Positions 9,035 through 18,485 of a stretch of DNA of 58,811 bases are shown here, in pieces (positions within the stretch are counted from its first letter, which is position 1; every line of letters starts with the position of its first letter). Below the pieces are notes generated by a model, which saw nothing but the letters and a program-made list of their open reading frames with translations, ran no database searches and was not told the origin of the DNA. The stretch spans positions 1 through 58,811 of the IMG/VR virus record IMGVR_UViG_3300001242_000005; one strand, written 5' to 3'. This DNA comes from a virus. Lineage: Duplodnaviria > Caudoviricetes. The translations under genes were made by a program, and so were the position numbers.

Positions 9035-10150
9035 ATGGGATACACTGCTCTCGGAGCCATGCAGCCCGAGCAAAAAAAAGCATGGGTTAAGGAAAGTATT
9101 CGAGTTTTCAGGGAGAATTTCTTCTTTGAAAAAATGATGGGCAAGGGCGACAACTCTATCATTCAGTCCGTGAAAGAGTTGAAGCGCACCGAAAAAGGCG
9201 ACCGTGCCGGTATCGGTCTGGTTCAGGATATGCGCGGTACCGGTATCGTCGGCGACAATGATATCGATGGTCGTCGGGAAAGCCTGGAGTCTGATTGGGT
9301 GGAGATCCACACCGACCAGCTGCGGAACGGCACCACCTCGAAAGGCCGGGTCGATGATCAGCAGTCTGTTTTTGACTTCCGCACCGAGGCCCGCGACAAA
9401 CTGGCCAGATGGAGAGCCCAGCGCCAGGAGGAGTTGTTGATCCTCACCGCTTCGGGCATCTCTTACGCTTACAACTGCGACGGGTCCGCTCGGACTGTCG
9501 GCGCCCAGGACCCGCTCACTGACCTTGAGTTTGCCGCCGATGTCTCCGCACCTTCCAGCGGACGGCACTTCAACTTTGATTCCGGCGCAATCGCGGCCGG
9601 CAATACTGCAACCATCGCCTCAACCTCTGTGCCGGTTTACGGTATGATCGTTGATCTGATGGCCGAGGCGAAGACCAAGGGCATCAAACCCCTGAAGATC
9701 GGCGGCAAAGATTACTACGAGTATCTGTGCCACCCGAAGACTTATGCGCGGCTCAAAAAGGATGACGACTTCCGTAACGCCATCATCAACGCCATGCCGC
9801 GGGAAGCCAAGAACCATCCGATTTTCGACGGCTCCACGGTGACCATGGACGGCCTGATCATCCACACCAACACCAACTGTTTCAATACTCTCGGTCTTGC
9901 TTCCGGCAGCCGCTGGGGATCGGATGGCACAATCCACGGCACCCGCTCTCTGTTGATGGGCTGCCAGGCTCTTGCCCATGCCGACCTGTGGGGAAGCGCC
10001 GACTGGTACGAGGGCAAAGAAGACGACGACGCGAAGAATGTTATCAGTATCGCCATGTATATCGGCATGCTGAAACCGAAGTTCATTTCCCGTCGTGACA
10101 GCGATACCGAGCAGGATTTCGGTATTATGGCAATCAATCTGGCCCTGTAA
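9035..10150 (+). CDS. Major capsid protein (N4-gp56/DUF4043-like)
   Basis: TAAGGAG SD; MGKGDNSIIQ...EL, DQLRNG, FR..ARDKLA.W, HP.F.G and DFGI motifs. Confidence 0.88.
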   Translation: MGYTALGAMQPEQKKAWVKESIRVFRENFFFEKMMGKGDNSIIQSVKELKRTEKGDRAGIGLVQDMRGTGIVGDNDIDGRRESLESDWVEIHTDQLRNGTTSKGRVDDQQSVFDFRTEARDKLARWRAQRQEELLILTASGISYAYNCDGSARTVGAQDPLTDLEFAADVSAPSSGRHFNFDSGAIAAGNTATIASTSVPVYGMIVDLMAEAKTKGIKPLKIGGKDYYEYLCHPKTYARLKKDDDFRNAIINAMPREAKNHPIFDGSTVTMDGLIIHTNTNCFNTLGLASGSRWGSDGTIHGTRSLLMGCQALAHADLWGSADWYEGKEDDDAKNVISIAMYIGMLKPKFISRRDSDTEQDFGIMAINLAL

Positions 10151-10219
10151 TAATCACGCCCCTTCGGGGGCAATATTTCGACCAACACCCGGTAAGGGTC
10201 AATTTCAAGGAGTATCACA

Positions 10220-10618
10220 ATGACTATCACCAAAGATTGCAACCGGCAAGACCTGAAAATTGCCTGGGTCGATATCAATATGTCCGACCTGGTCAGCGGA
10301 ACGGCATCTGCTGTTGTTATGGACATCCCGCCCAATGCCGTTATCTGGGGCGGTCAACTCATCACCACCGAGGCGTGGAACTCTACCACCTCCGATGTTC
10401 TTGACGTAGGAGACGCGACCAGCGCCACCCGGTATTTGACGGATGGCGATATCCGCGCACTGGCCGCCAGGGTCCCGCTTGTTCCGACCGGGTTTCTCTC
10501 GACCGGCGAGGGGCTTAAAGTGTTGTGGACCAGCGGCGGCGGCACTCCGACGACCGGTAAGGTCCGCCTGGAAGTTGCCTATTACATTCAAGGAAGGGCT
10601 GACTCTACTCTCGGATAA
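10220..10618 (+). CDS. Capsid decoration or cement protein
   Basis: AAGGAG SD; IPPNAVI.GG..TTEAWN...LDVGD...RY motif; follows the capsid gene. Confidence 0.65.
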   Translation: MTITKDCNRQDLKIAWVDINMSDLVSGTASAVVMDIPPNAVIWGGQLITTEAWNSTTSDVLDVGDATSATRYLTDGDIRALAARVPLVPTGFLSTGEGLKVLWTSGGGTPTTGKVRLEVAYYIQGRADSTLG

Positions 10619-10646
10619 TCGGCCAAGGTAACGAAGGATAACGCGA

Positions 10647-10680
10647 AATTCCCCTCCCTGTTTGTCGGAGGGGAATTTTT
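10647..10680 (+). terminator. Intrinsic terminator after the head genes
   Basis: AAATTCCCCTCC...GGAGGGGAATTTTT. Confidence 0.7.
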
Positions 10681-10691
10681 GAAACCAAAAA

Positions 10692-11066
10692 ATGAGGATT
10701 CTCAACATGCAATTGAAATCATCCACCGGGAAGCCTGTGCAAGTTGCCTTGCTTTCCAGCCACACAATCGTAGTGCCACCGGAAGGCTGCGAAGTGCCGA
10801 AAATGTTCCTGCAGGAAGCCTTTAAAATGGGATGCGTCCCGATTGAGGTCGATATCGAGGAAGTCAAGGACGACGGCGCACTGACCGGAGCCCGCAAGAT
10901 TTCCGTGATCGTTGAGACCATCAAAAAGATGCTGAACGATGGTTGCAAACTGTCCGGAACCGGTCTCCCGAATCTGAAGGAAGTGAGCGCGGCCACTGGT
11001 TTTCATGTGACGAAAATCGAGGTCGCCGAGGCATGGAATATTATTGAGGCTGAGACGAAAGAATAA
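10692..11066 (+). CDS. Hypothetical virion-module protein
   Basis: ORF in operon; stop overlaps the next start. Confidence 0.6.
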   Translation: MRILNMQLKSSTGKPVQVALLSSHTIVVPPEGCEVPKMFLQEAFKMGCVPIEVDIEEVKDDGALTGARKISVIVETIKKMLNDGCKLSGTGLPNLKEVSAATGFHVTKIEVAEAWNIIEAETKE

Positions 11067-11710
11067 TGGCGACGGCCGAGGCTCTCATATCAGGCGTTAT
11101 CGGGATGGTTGGCAACAACCCGAACACAACATCGACTGTCGTTCTCCCTCTACTGAATGAGGGGTTGAGGATGATTACAGGCAGGCTGCTGTTGCCGGCC
11201 CTGGAGGCGAGCGCGGCCGTCAACACGACGCTATCCGCCAACATGTCGGCGCTTCCTGGTAATTATCAGCATGGGTTGTTTGCTGCTCAGGACGGGACGA
11301 GAAAACTGAGTGTCAAGAACTCCAAGGCGCAGATGATCGATGCTTTTGGCGATCTTACGCAGACCGGGGATGTTTCCGCCGTTGCAGTCGCCGAGTCAAA
11401 GCTCATGTACCTGCCAATTCCTGCGGCGGTAACAGCTCTGACTATCCATTATTATCGTCTCCCCGCTGTGCTGGTGGCCCTGGCTTCACCGGAAGGGTTT
11501 TCTCCGCAGACTGTTTATTATGGAGAGTTGGCAATGATGCATCATGCCGCTGCAAGGGTATGGGACGATGTTGAGGTTGGCGAAGATGGCGATAAAGTCA
11601 ACACACTCCACCATGAAAAGCAGCGCGAGGCCATGATAGAGCAAATCAGGCTGATTACCAAAGAGGGTGTTTCGCGGCCGAGTCCTCCTATCGTGAGTTG
11701 CTCATGGTAA
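11066..11710 (+). CDS. Head-tail adaptor-like protein
   Basis: LNEG, ALP.NY and YLPIP...LTIHYYRLP motifs; position. Confidence 0.6.
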   Translation: MATAEALISGVIGMVGNNPNTTSTVVLPLLNEGLRMITGRLLLPALEASAAVNTTLSANMSALPGNYQHGLFAAQDGTRKLSVKNSKAQMIDAFGDLTQTGDVSAVAVAESKLMYLPIPAAVTALTIHYYRLPAVLVALASPEGFSPQTVYYGELAMMHHAAARVWDDVEVGEDGDKVNTLHHEKQREAMIEQIRLITKEGVSRPSPPIVSCSW

Positions 11711-12624
11711 CGACCGCCATCATCAAAGGATCAGCAGGCTTAAACACCGAATCCGACCAGGCACGGACGTATTACGACAAGAATCCATCGCCGTATACCG
11801 GCAATCTCGGGCTGTCGTTCTTTTCCGCCTGCATGAATATCGATATCGACGACAAGATGAGGGTTTCACGGCGCAAAGGGATGATTAAGCGGGTGCCGGA
11901 AAACGCTCATTCTCTCCATGTGATCGATACTCAACACCTGCTGTTCGGTGCGGACGATGGGCTTTTCCTGCTTCTGGCTGGTTTCACCGGCTATTCTTTG
12001 ATAGCAAATGTCACCCCTGGTCGGGTTTCTGCTGTCACGGTCGATGGGGTTACTCGCTGGACCAATGGCGTGCAGAGAGGCAAGATCGTCGATGGCGTAA
12101 ATTACCCATGGGTAAAGGGCAATGTCATCTCCGATAATCTCACGCGGATCTTTTATGATCCGCCGGTTGGCAAATATTTGGCATACCACAACGCGCAAAT
12201 CCTCATAGGAGCCGGAAAAACAATCTGGAAATCCTGGCCGTACGGCCCGGATGTCTTTGCGCTTGACGACTACTATTCCCTTGAAAGTGACGTTTCAATG
12301 GTTCGTCCAGTGGGTGGCGGAATCTACATCGCCGATTCGGATCGGACGTTTTTTGTCAGTGGCGACGACTGGAAACCGGTTGATGACCATCCGGCCCTCG
12401 CATACGCCAGCACCGAAGCTGTAGGCACCATGATCGAAGGAAAATTTACGTCAGGCGGGAAAACACAGGTCGCGTTCTGGTTGACGAATGAAGGCGTGAT
12501 GTACGGCGATGCCACCGGCAATGTCTTGAATATCACGGAAGAAAGAATCGATTTACTCGGGCCATATTCGGAAGGGGCGATCCTTGTTGATGGCTCAACA
12601 CTCATAGCAAATTTCATCAAATAA
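11704..12624 (+). CDS. Tail tube or nozzle-like structural protein
   Basis: GLN...NIDIDD....RRKG N-terminus, beta-rich; position. Confidence 0.55.
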   Translation: MVTTAIIKGSAGLNTESDQARTYYDKNPSPYTGNLGLSFFSACMNIDIDDKMRVSRRKGMIKRVPENAHSLHVIDTQHLLFGADDGLFLLLAGFTGYSLIANVTPGRVSAVTVDGVTRWTNGVQRGKIVDGVNYPWVKGNVISDNLTRIFYDPPVGKYLAYHNAQILIGAGKTIWKSWPYGPDVFALDDYYSLESDVSMVRPVGGGIYIADSDRTFFVSGDDWKPVDDHPALAYASTEAVGTMIEGKFTSGGKTQVAFWLTNEGVMYGDATGNVLNITEERIDLLGPYSEGAILVDGSTLIANFIK

Positions 12625-12635
12625 GAGGCGCAACC

Positions 12636-13367
12636 ATGTTTAGATTCAGCACCGGATTACGGGATCTCGAGAATGGCCTTGCAAGGGCCACTGTCCATTT
12701 CCTCTATGTCGCGAACACAATCAGTTTCGATAACGCCACATCACAGATTCGCGATTCAGCAAGTCAGTTTTTGGCGAAGGGCGCCCTGATTGGGGATAAG
12801 GTCTATGGTTCAGGGACGGCGAACAACAACACGACATTCACTATCACCGATGCGACCGCTGGCGTGCTGACCGTCACTCCTGCGCCGACGACCGAAGCAG
12901 CTGGAACTATTTTCGGCTTGGCAGCGGCAACAGGTGGGAGCCGCCGCGATATCATGCGGAACGGTGTGCTTTATGAATACACCGGGCAGCAGCCGACATT
13001 GGCCGATAATGCGGTCGGCTCTGTAACGCTTCTTCGCAAATGGACCAAGGGCGGATTGGAGTTTGTTCCTGGCGCCGCGGCGAACGGCATCAACCTTGGT
13101 ATATCTTCCGGCGGCATTCTCGCAAAAGACACTTCGGAGATATGGATGGCCACCGGGCTCGCCAACGGAACATCGGGATGGATGCGATATTGTGGAAACG
13201 CAGCCGACGATGGACTCCTATCAACGACTCTCCCGCGGATCGACATGTCGTGTGGAAATTCTTCCAGCAGCGCCGACGCGAAAATGGGAACAACTGAGGT
13301 CGTGTTAGGTGATGTCTATTTCATGAACAATCTGCGGATCACATTCTCGTATCAGTATGGTGTCTAA
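12636..13367 (+). CDS. Tail-associated structural protein
   Basis: MFRFSTGLR, Y.G.QP..AD, GT.GW.R and RID motifs; Thr/Ala/Gly-rich. Confidence 0.6.
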   Translation: MFRFSTGLRDLENGLARATVHFLYVANTISFDNATSQIRDSASQFLAKGALIGDKVYGSGTANNNTTFTITDATAGVLTVTPAPTTEAAGTIFGLAAATGGSRRDIMRNGVLYEYTGQQPTLADNAVGSVTLLRKWTKGGLEFVPGAAANGINLGISSGGILAKDTSEIWMATGLANGTSGWMRYCGNAADDGLLSTTLPRIDMSCGNSSSSADAKMGTTEVVLGDVYFMNNLRITFSYQYGV

Positions 13368-13790
13368 ATGGGATCCTGGAAGGTTTACGCTTCGGCCATC
13401 CCGAAACTTAGCGACCTGATAACAGACTCGCTCAAGTGTGCTATTTTCACGGATGCCTACGTTCCGGCTATCACTGACGACAGTTACACGGCGCTTTCCG
13501 GCGAACTGGCGAACGGCAACGGCTATGCGACAGGCGGCGTTACTCTCGCCGGGGTGACCTTCACCGAGACGGCAGGAGTGTGGAAACTTGCATGCACCAA
13601 TTTCACGGCCGTAACCGCTTCAGGTGCGGATCTCACCTGTCGGAGCCTGGTTGTCTATAACGATACGGATGCTGGGAAACAACTCGTCGCCATGCGGTAT
13701 TTGAATGACGCCGTGAATGTGGTTATCCCGGACGGCACACCGCTTGATATTCAGAATCCCAATGGAATTTTTGTCACTGGAGGCTGGTAA
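13368..13790 (+). CDS. Minor tail or fibre protein
   Basis: GELANGNGYATGG.TL motif; NPNGIF C-terminus. Confidence 0.55.
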   Translation: MGSWKVYASAIPKLSDLITDSLKCAIFTDAYVPAITDDSYTALSGELANGNGYATGGVTLAGVTFTETAGVWKLACTNFTAVTASGADLTCRSLVVYNDTDAGKQLVAMRYLNDAVNVVIPDGTPLDIQNPNGIFVTGGW

Positions 13791-14458
13791 TGGCAAACAT
13801 AGAATATGCGGCCATCGATCTTATTGGCGGCACCGATGGTGCTATAGATAAGCTCGATGGCGTTGGCCTTGCAGACAAAGACTTTATCATAACCGCCGTC
13901 AAAGGTAACAAGGCTTTTTGCCATGTGCTTAACGCTACCTCTGGAGAATCGGAATCATCTCCTGAGAAAATTGCACCCGATACCAATCCAGGAACAAAGG
14001 TATGGGAGGAGGTCAGGTTCAACGGCGCACACCGGTCCCTGATCGTTCTCGGCTCGGATGCGGTCAACAACAATGCAGTTGCGAACACCCTGCAAGACGC
14101 AACCGGGCTGAGCTTCCCCATTAAGGCCGGGGTTGCGTATCGGTTTCACTTTCATCTCTGTGTGACATCGGCTTCGACCTCAACCGGTGCAAGGTATGTT
14201 CTGAGTGGTCCAGCGGCGCCAACTGCTTTTGCAGTATCGTACAGCCATCCGACGGCGGCCACCACTGCGACGATGGCAAACTCTGTTGACTACACCACTC
14301 CAGCATCTGCGGCAACGTCATCTCTATTAACCAATATCGTCTTGATTGACGGCTTTATAGTGCCAAGTGTCGATGGCACAATTCAGTTGCAGTTTGCCAG
14401 CGAGACAGCGAACGTTGCAATCACTATCAAGGCTGGCAGTACAATTGAGGTCTGGTAA
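13790..14458 (+). CDS. Tail fibre-like protein
   Basis: LIGGTDGAID.LDG N-terminus; GTIQLQFA..TA...TIKAGS C-terminal beta domain. Confidence 0.55.
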   Translation: MANIEYAAIDLIGGTDGAIDKLDGVGLADKDFIITAVKGNKAFCHVLNATSGESESSPEKIAPDTNPGTKVWEEVRFNGAHRSLIVLGSDAVNNNAVANTLQDATGLSFPIKAGVAYRFHFHLCVTSASTSTGARYVLSGPAAPTAFAVSYSHPTAATTATMANSVDYTTPASAATSSLLTNIVLIDGFIVPSVDGTIQLQFASETANVAITIKAGSTIEVW

Positions 14459-15135
14459 TGTCGATCGACGTTCTCTTCCTGGATAGCGACGTATCTTTTG
14501 TCGATACTGATGTAAGTTTCATCAAGTCGGCAACCTACACCGTCACAGGGCCGCTTGTTTCGGAGTGCGGGGTTGTGACGTTCTCGAATACAGGGGCCAC
14601 GGAAGAAACATACGAATCGGTCAATGTTGATGGAATAGCCCCAGCCATGACCGGCGATGCGGTCCATTACATCACGATAGACATAGCCGGGCTGTCTCCG
14701 GAACCACAAGGAGACGCTGAACTCGGGGTCGAGGTATCGGTTGAAGGATTTTCCCCGGTCATTACCGGGTCGGTCGACCTTGCGTTTGAGATTACCGGGA
14801 AGTCTCCGGCGATGATCGGGGAGTGCTATGTTGAGCAGATCATCTATGTAGATGTCGAAGGGACCGCCCCGGCAATAACCGGAGTTGTCGACCTTGCGTT
14901 TGACATTTCAGGAATTGCCCCGGCGATGACCGGCGATATCGTTCTTGAGAATTTCGACAATATTGTTGTCTCTGGATTTTCCCCGGCGATGACCGGTGAG
15001 GCGTTTATTGATGGCGGCAACGAGGTTGATGTGTGGGGATATTCCCCGGCCATCTCTGGAGAGTGTTTTATCTCTCCGACAGCATCGACCGACTTCACGG
15101 CAACCAGCGATGAAGTGATAAGGCATAGACGATGA
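14458..15135 (+). CDS. Acidic repeat protein (fibre-like)
   Basis: About 8 copies of Gx(A/S)P(A/V)(M/I)(T/S/I)G; DNA repeat CCCGGCGATGACCGG. Confidence 0.65.
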   Translation: MSIDVLFLDSDVSFVDTDVSFIKSATYTVTGPLVSECGVVTFSNTGATEETYESVNVDGIAPAMTGDAVHYITIDIAGLSPEPQGDAELGVEVSVEGFSPVITGSVDLAFEITGKSPAMIGECYVEQIIYVDVEGTAPAITGVVDLAFDISGIAPAMTGDIVLENFDNIVVSGFSPAMTGEAFIDGGNEVDVWGYSPAISGECFISPTASTDFTATSDEVIRHRR

Positions 15136-15623
15136 CGACAATCAAGATCAACCTCAGAAACGCGGCCATCACCCAGCACAGCAACGGTTTCACATCATAC
15201 GCCGCCTGGAACGGCCTGCAAATTGGAGCAGGTCCTGACGGCGTGTTTGTTCTCAATTACGGCCAGAAGGATATTTACACCACGACCAGCGACGAACGAA
15301 ACATTTCCGCGTGGTTCGAATTACCAAATACTCAGATGGGCAGCGATAAAGTTAAGCAGGGCCGAAGGCTCTACGTAGGAGGAGAATTCAATGGCTCGAT
15401 GACGGTCAAGGCGACCACGTCCGGGGAGACTGCGGTTGAAAATATTTACAATATAACTCCGCGAAATACGAATTACGTCCAACATACGATTCAGGTGCCG
15501 ATGGATCATACACAGAAAGGAGAATATTGGGGATTCACGGTTGCGAACGTTGCCGGTTCTGATTTCTCCCTCGATTTCATTGACGGAATATTTATCAACT
15601 GTGCGAGGCGGTTAGGCTTATGA
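15132..15623 (+). CDS. Tail structural protein
   Basis: ATGA-coupled; F.SYA, GAGPDGV.L, KGEYWGF and G.DF.LD motifs. Confidence 0.6.
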   Translation: MTTIKINLRNAAITQHSNGFTSYAAWNGLQIGAGPDGVFVLNYGQKDIYTTTSDERNISAWFELPNTQMGSDKVKQGRRLYVGGEFNGSMTVKATTSGETAVENIYNITPRNTNYVQHTIQVPMDHTQKGEYWGFTVANVAGSDFSLDFIDGIFINCARRLGL

Positions 15624-17176
15624 GTAATAAATTCTTCGTGCATCAGGGTACGCAGTATAAATACTCTGGCAATGAAGGATTGGCTCACTCTCATTTTCAC
15701 GAAGTCCGCAACCATTTGCTAGGGATAAAGCGAACGAACGTCAATAACCTGCCGATTGTTTATGGTACGAAACGATTTGATGATGGAACTGTTGCGCAGT
15801 ATCAGCTTATTCATGGCCGGGAAATTGTGAATGTGGTTGCGCCGATAATTCCTGTAATGATCGTAGAAGAAAATGTAGCTCGTACGATTATTGAAGAGAT
15901 TGAGCAGATTGTCCCTGTTTTCAGAAGTACTGATAATAATTACTGGGTTGCTTGCCTCTCCGGGACTTTCGAGCCTGAATATTATTTATTTAACAATATT
16001 TATGACATACCTACAACAGCTTTTGATGACAATATAGAAACTGATATTGATAAGCAACTTATCTCTATTGGTGAAGACCCTATAGAAGGAGAGTATTTAC
16101 CAGAGTTGTATTTCATTGCACAAACAGGTGTCCGCCCAAGGCTCGGATGGTATGCACCAATATATAATTTCTATGACTCTTATACATACGACGGATTCAA
16201 TGGCGAAGGATATCTTGATTACGACTTCACCAGGACAGTAGTTGCGCCTGCCGCCCCCCCAACAGATCATCCATGGATATATTTAGACATAACGAGAACC
16301 GAAGATGTTTTTACAGACGACAGTACACTGATAAAAACAGGCATGATATGGAAAATATTTACAACTGTGACAAGCTCAAGTGCATCTCTCGATCATTATG
16401 TATGGGGCAAAAAACTAGGTATTCAGCCAAGGGAAATAAGTTTATATACAACTGATACTGAATCTTGGAGAGCGCTTGATTTATATGGAAATGTAAATGA
16501 AGAAACATATGCAACAACAACCATCTATGATTACACGATAACAACGGTCCAGACACTCCGTTGTGAGACCGAAAGTATCAATAATTTTTCATGTTGTTAC
16601 CTTGAATGGCGATTGAGTGAAACAGAATATTATACTAATCCTCCACCAGTGACGACTCCAGAGGAAGTGACATATACGAGGACATATAAACTCCAAGTTA
16701 ACAATTTGGTTTTTGATCTCCTGGCAGTTGAAGGCTGGCAATATGACCGTAGACCTGTTGGCAGTTATGACACATGGTGGGTTGACGAAGGACCAAAAGA
16801 ATCTATCTCATCTGAGGGTATGTTGCAGAATTATGGTGCGCCTGACGGAAGCCAGATGAAATATTACGGGCCGAACAGCATCGCGCCATCAACATGTTTG
16901 TTTTGTGGACGAGTAGATACGTCAGAGCCAGTGTTTGTTGACGGGTATTATTCTGGTGAAAACACGAAGGTTGAGTGCGTCAGGTTCGACTATCATTATG
17001 TTGGCCCAAATAAAATTGGTATAACAACGACTACATTCACTCCGAATAGCGCAACAGAGTTTAAGCATACTATACCTGGCATAAGAGATTCACAGGGTGA
17101 TTTAATAGAGTTTCGTGGAGAAGTATTCCTTGGGTTGATGAAATATGAAGTTGAAACAGTAATTGAGGATAGATAA
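15620..17176 (+). CDS. Putative tail or receptor-binding protein with an AT-rich body
   Basis: 518 aa, Tyr/Thr/Asp-rich, visibly lower GC than its neighbours. Confidence 0.6.
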   Translation: MSNKFFVHQGTQYKYSGNEGLAHSHFHEVRNHLLGIKRTNVNNLPIVYGTKRFDDGTVAQYQLIHGREIVNVVAPIIPVMIVEENVARTIIEEIEQIVPVFRSTDNNYWVACLSGTFEPEYYLFNNIYDIPTTAFDDNIETDIDKQLISIGEDPIEGEYLPELYFIAQTGVRPRLGWYAPIYNFYDSYTYDGFNGEGYLDYDFTRTVVAPAAPPTDHPWIYLDITRTEDVFTDDSTLIKTGMIWKIFTTVTSSSASLDHYVWGKKLGIQPREISLYTTDTESWRALDLYGNVNEETYATTTIYDYTITTVQTLRCETESINNFSCCYLEWRLSETEYYTNPPPVTTPEEVTYTRTYKLQVNNLVFDLLAVEGWQYDRRPVGSYDTWWVDEGPKESISSEGMLQNYGAPDGSQMKYYGPNSIAPSTCLFCGRVDTSEPVFVDGYYSGENTKVECVRFDYHYVGPNKIGITTTTFTPNSATEFKHTIPGIRDSQGDLIEFRGEVFLGLMKYEVETVIEDR

Positions 17177-18484
17177 ATGACAACACCAATATTTTCAGGT
17201 GGTGGGGTAGGCGGGGCGATTGACAAGGCAAGCGAACTTGTCAACGATAAATTCGAGCAGTCGCAAGGATATGCCGATACTGCTTTTAATGTAGCTCTCA
17301 ACAATCTCGATCAAGTTGGCAATTACGGTATCGACTTCGACTGGGATGCACCGGACCCAATACCGTCTGGAAACTTTGGATTGTCTGGGTTGAATCCAGT
17401 TGTGCCGACTGAGCCGACCATAAATCAAGTTTCTGTCGATGTGGCAACCTTCACGGAAGATGTTCCAACCATGAAGGAACTGACCTATACCGATCTCACT
17501 CCGCCGCCACTCAATTTCAACTGGCAACCAGGGACGCACAACGAAGATCTGCAACGCCCTTTAAAGGCCAAGATCATTGACGGAATCCTGAACGGTGGCA
17601 CTGGCATCTTGCCAGAAGTTGAACAGGCCATCTATGACCGCGATGTTCTCCGGGTGAACCTGGACGCACAGAATGAAGAATTGCTTGCCTTGAGCGACAT
17701 GTCGAGCCGTGGGGCGAGAATCCCACAAGGCGCACTCATTGCCAGGGTGGACGCAGCGAGACTGAAAAACGGCATGAGGCGCGATGATGCAAGTCGGGAT
17801 GTAATGATTCAGTCAACCAACCTGGCTGATTCTTATGGTCGTTTTATCATCGAGAAAGGCATTGCCCTTGAAAATGAGTTGATTAACCTCTTTGGCGGAA
17901 TCGAAGGGCGAAGGCTGGACGCTTCAAAATTCACAGTCTCCAACTTGATCGAAGAGTTCAGGATTCGTGTTGAAGGTGGAACGGCAAGGCTGAACGCTGA
18001 CACTGAGTGGAATAAACAGTTGATGTCGGTTTTCCATGAGCGAATCGAACTGTTCAAGGCTCAGTTGCAGGCGAACGAAACCGACGCAGAGGTGCAAGCC
18101 AAGATCGAAGGGCTGAAATTAGCAATCTTTGACGGAAATGTGAAGAAATTCACCGCTATCGTCGATGCCATAGCCGAAGCATACAAGTCCGATGTATCCC
18201 GCGACGTAGCCAACTCGGAAATCAGTTTGCGGCACGGCGACATGCTTGCAAGAATCGCCACTGCACAGGCAGAAATCAACGGGGAACTGATCAAGGCAAG
18301 AAGCCTTGTTGCGGCACAACTTGCTTCCGCTGCTCTTGGAAGTGTTTCTGCTGGCGCAAATGTCGGGTTCTCTGGGAGTTCCGGGGAATCTAACAGTGCA
18401 AGTGATAATTACAGTACACAGGTAAGCGATTCAAGAAGTACGACAACAAGCACTACAACCCGCAACTGTTGCAATGGTGAATAA
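17177..18484 (+). CDS. Internal virion or ejection-like protein
   Basis: GGTGI.PEVEQAIYDR, SRG...PQG, helical body, Ser/Gly-rich tail. Confidence 0.6.
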   Translation: MTTPIFSGGGVGGAIDKASELVNDKFEQSQGYADTAFNVALNNLDQVGNYGIDFDWDAPDPIPSGNFGLSGLNPVVPTEPTINQVSVDVATFTEDVPTMKELTYTDLTPPPLNFNWQPGTHNEDLQRPLKAKIIDGILNGGTGILPEVEQAIYDRDVLRVNLDAQNEELLALSDMSSRGARIPQGALIARVDAARLKNGMRRDDASRDVMIQSTNLADSYGRFIIEKGIALENELINLFGGIEGRRLDASKFTVSNLIEEFRIRVEGGTARLNADTEWNKQLMSVFHERIELFKAQLQANETDAEVQAKIEGLKLAIFDGNVKKFTAIVDAIAEAYKSDVSRDVANSEISLRHGDMLARIATAQAEINGELIKARSLVAAQLASAALGSVSAGANVGFSGSSGESNSASDNYSTQVSDSRSTTTSTTTRNCCNGE

Positions 18485-18485
18485 T

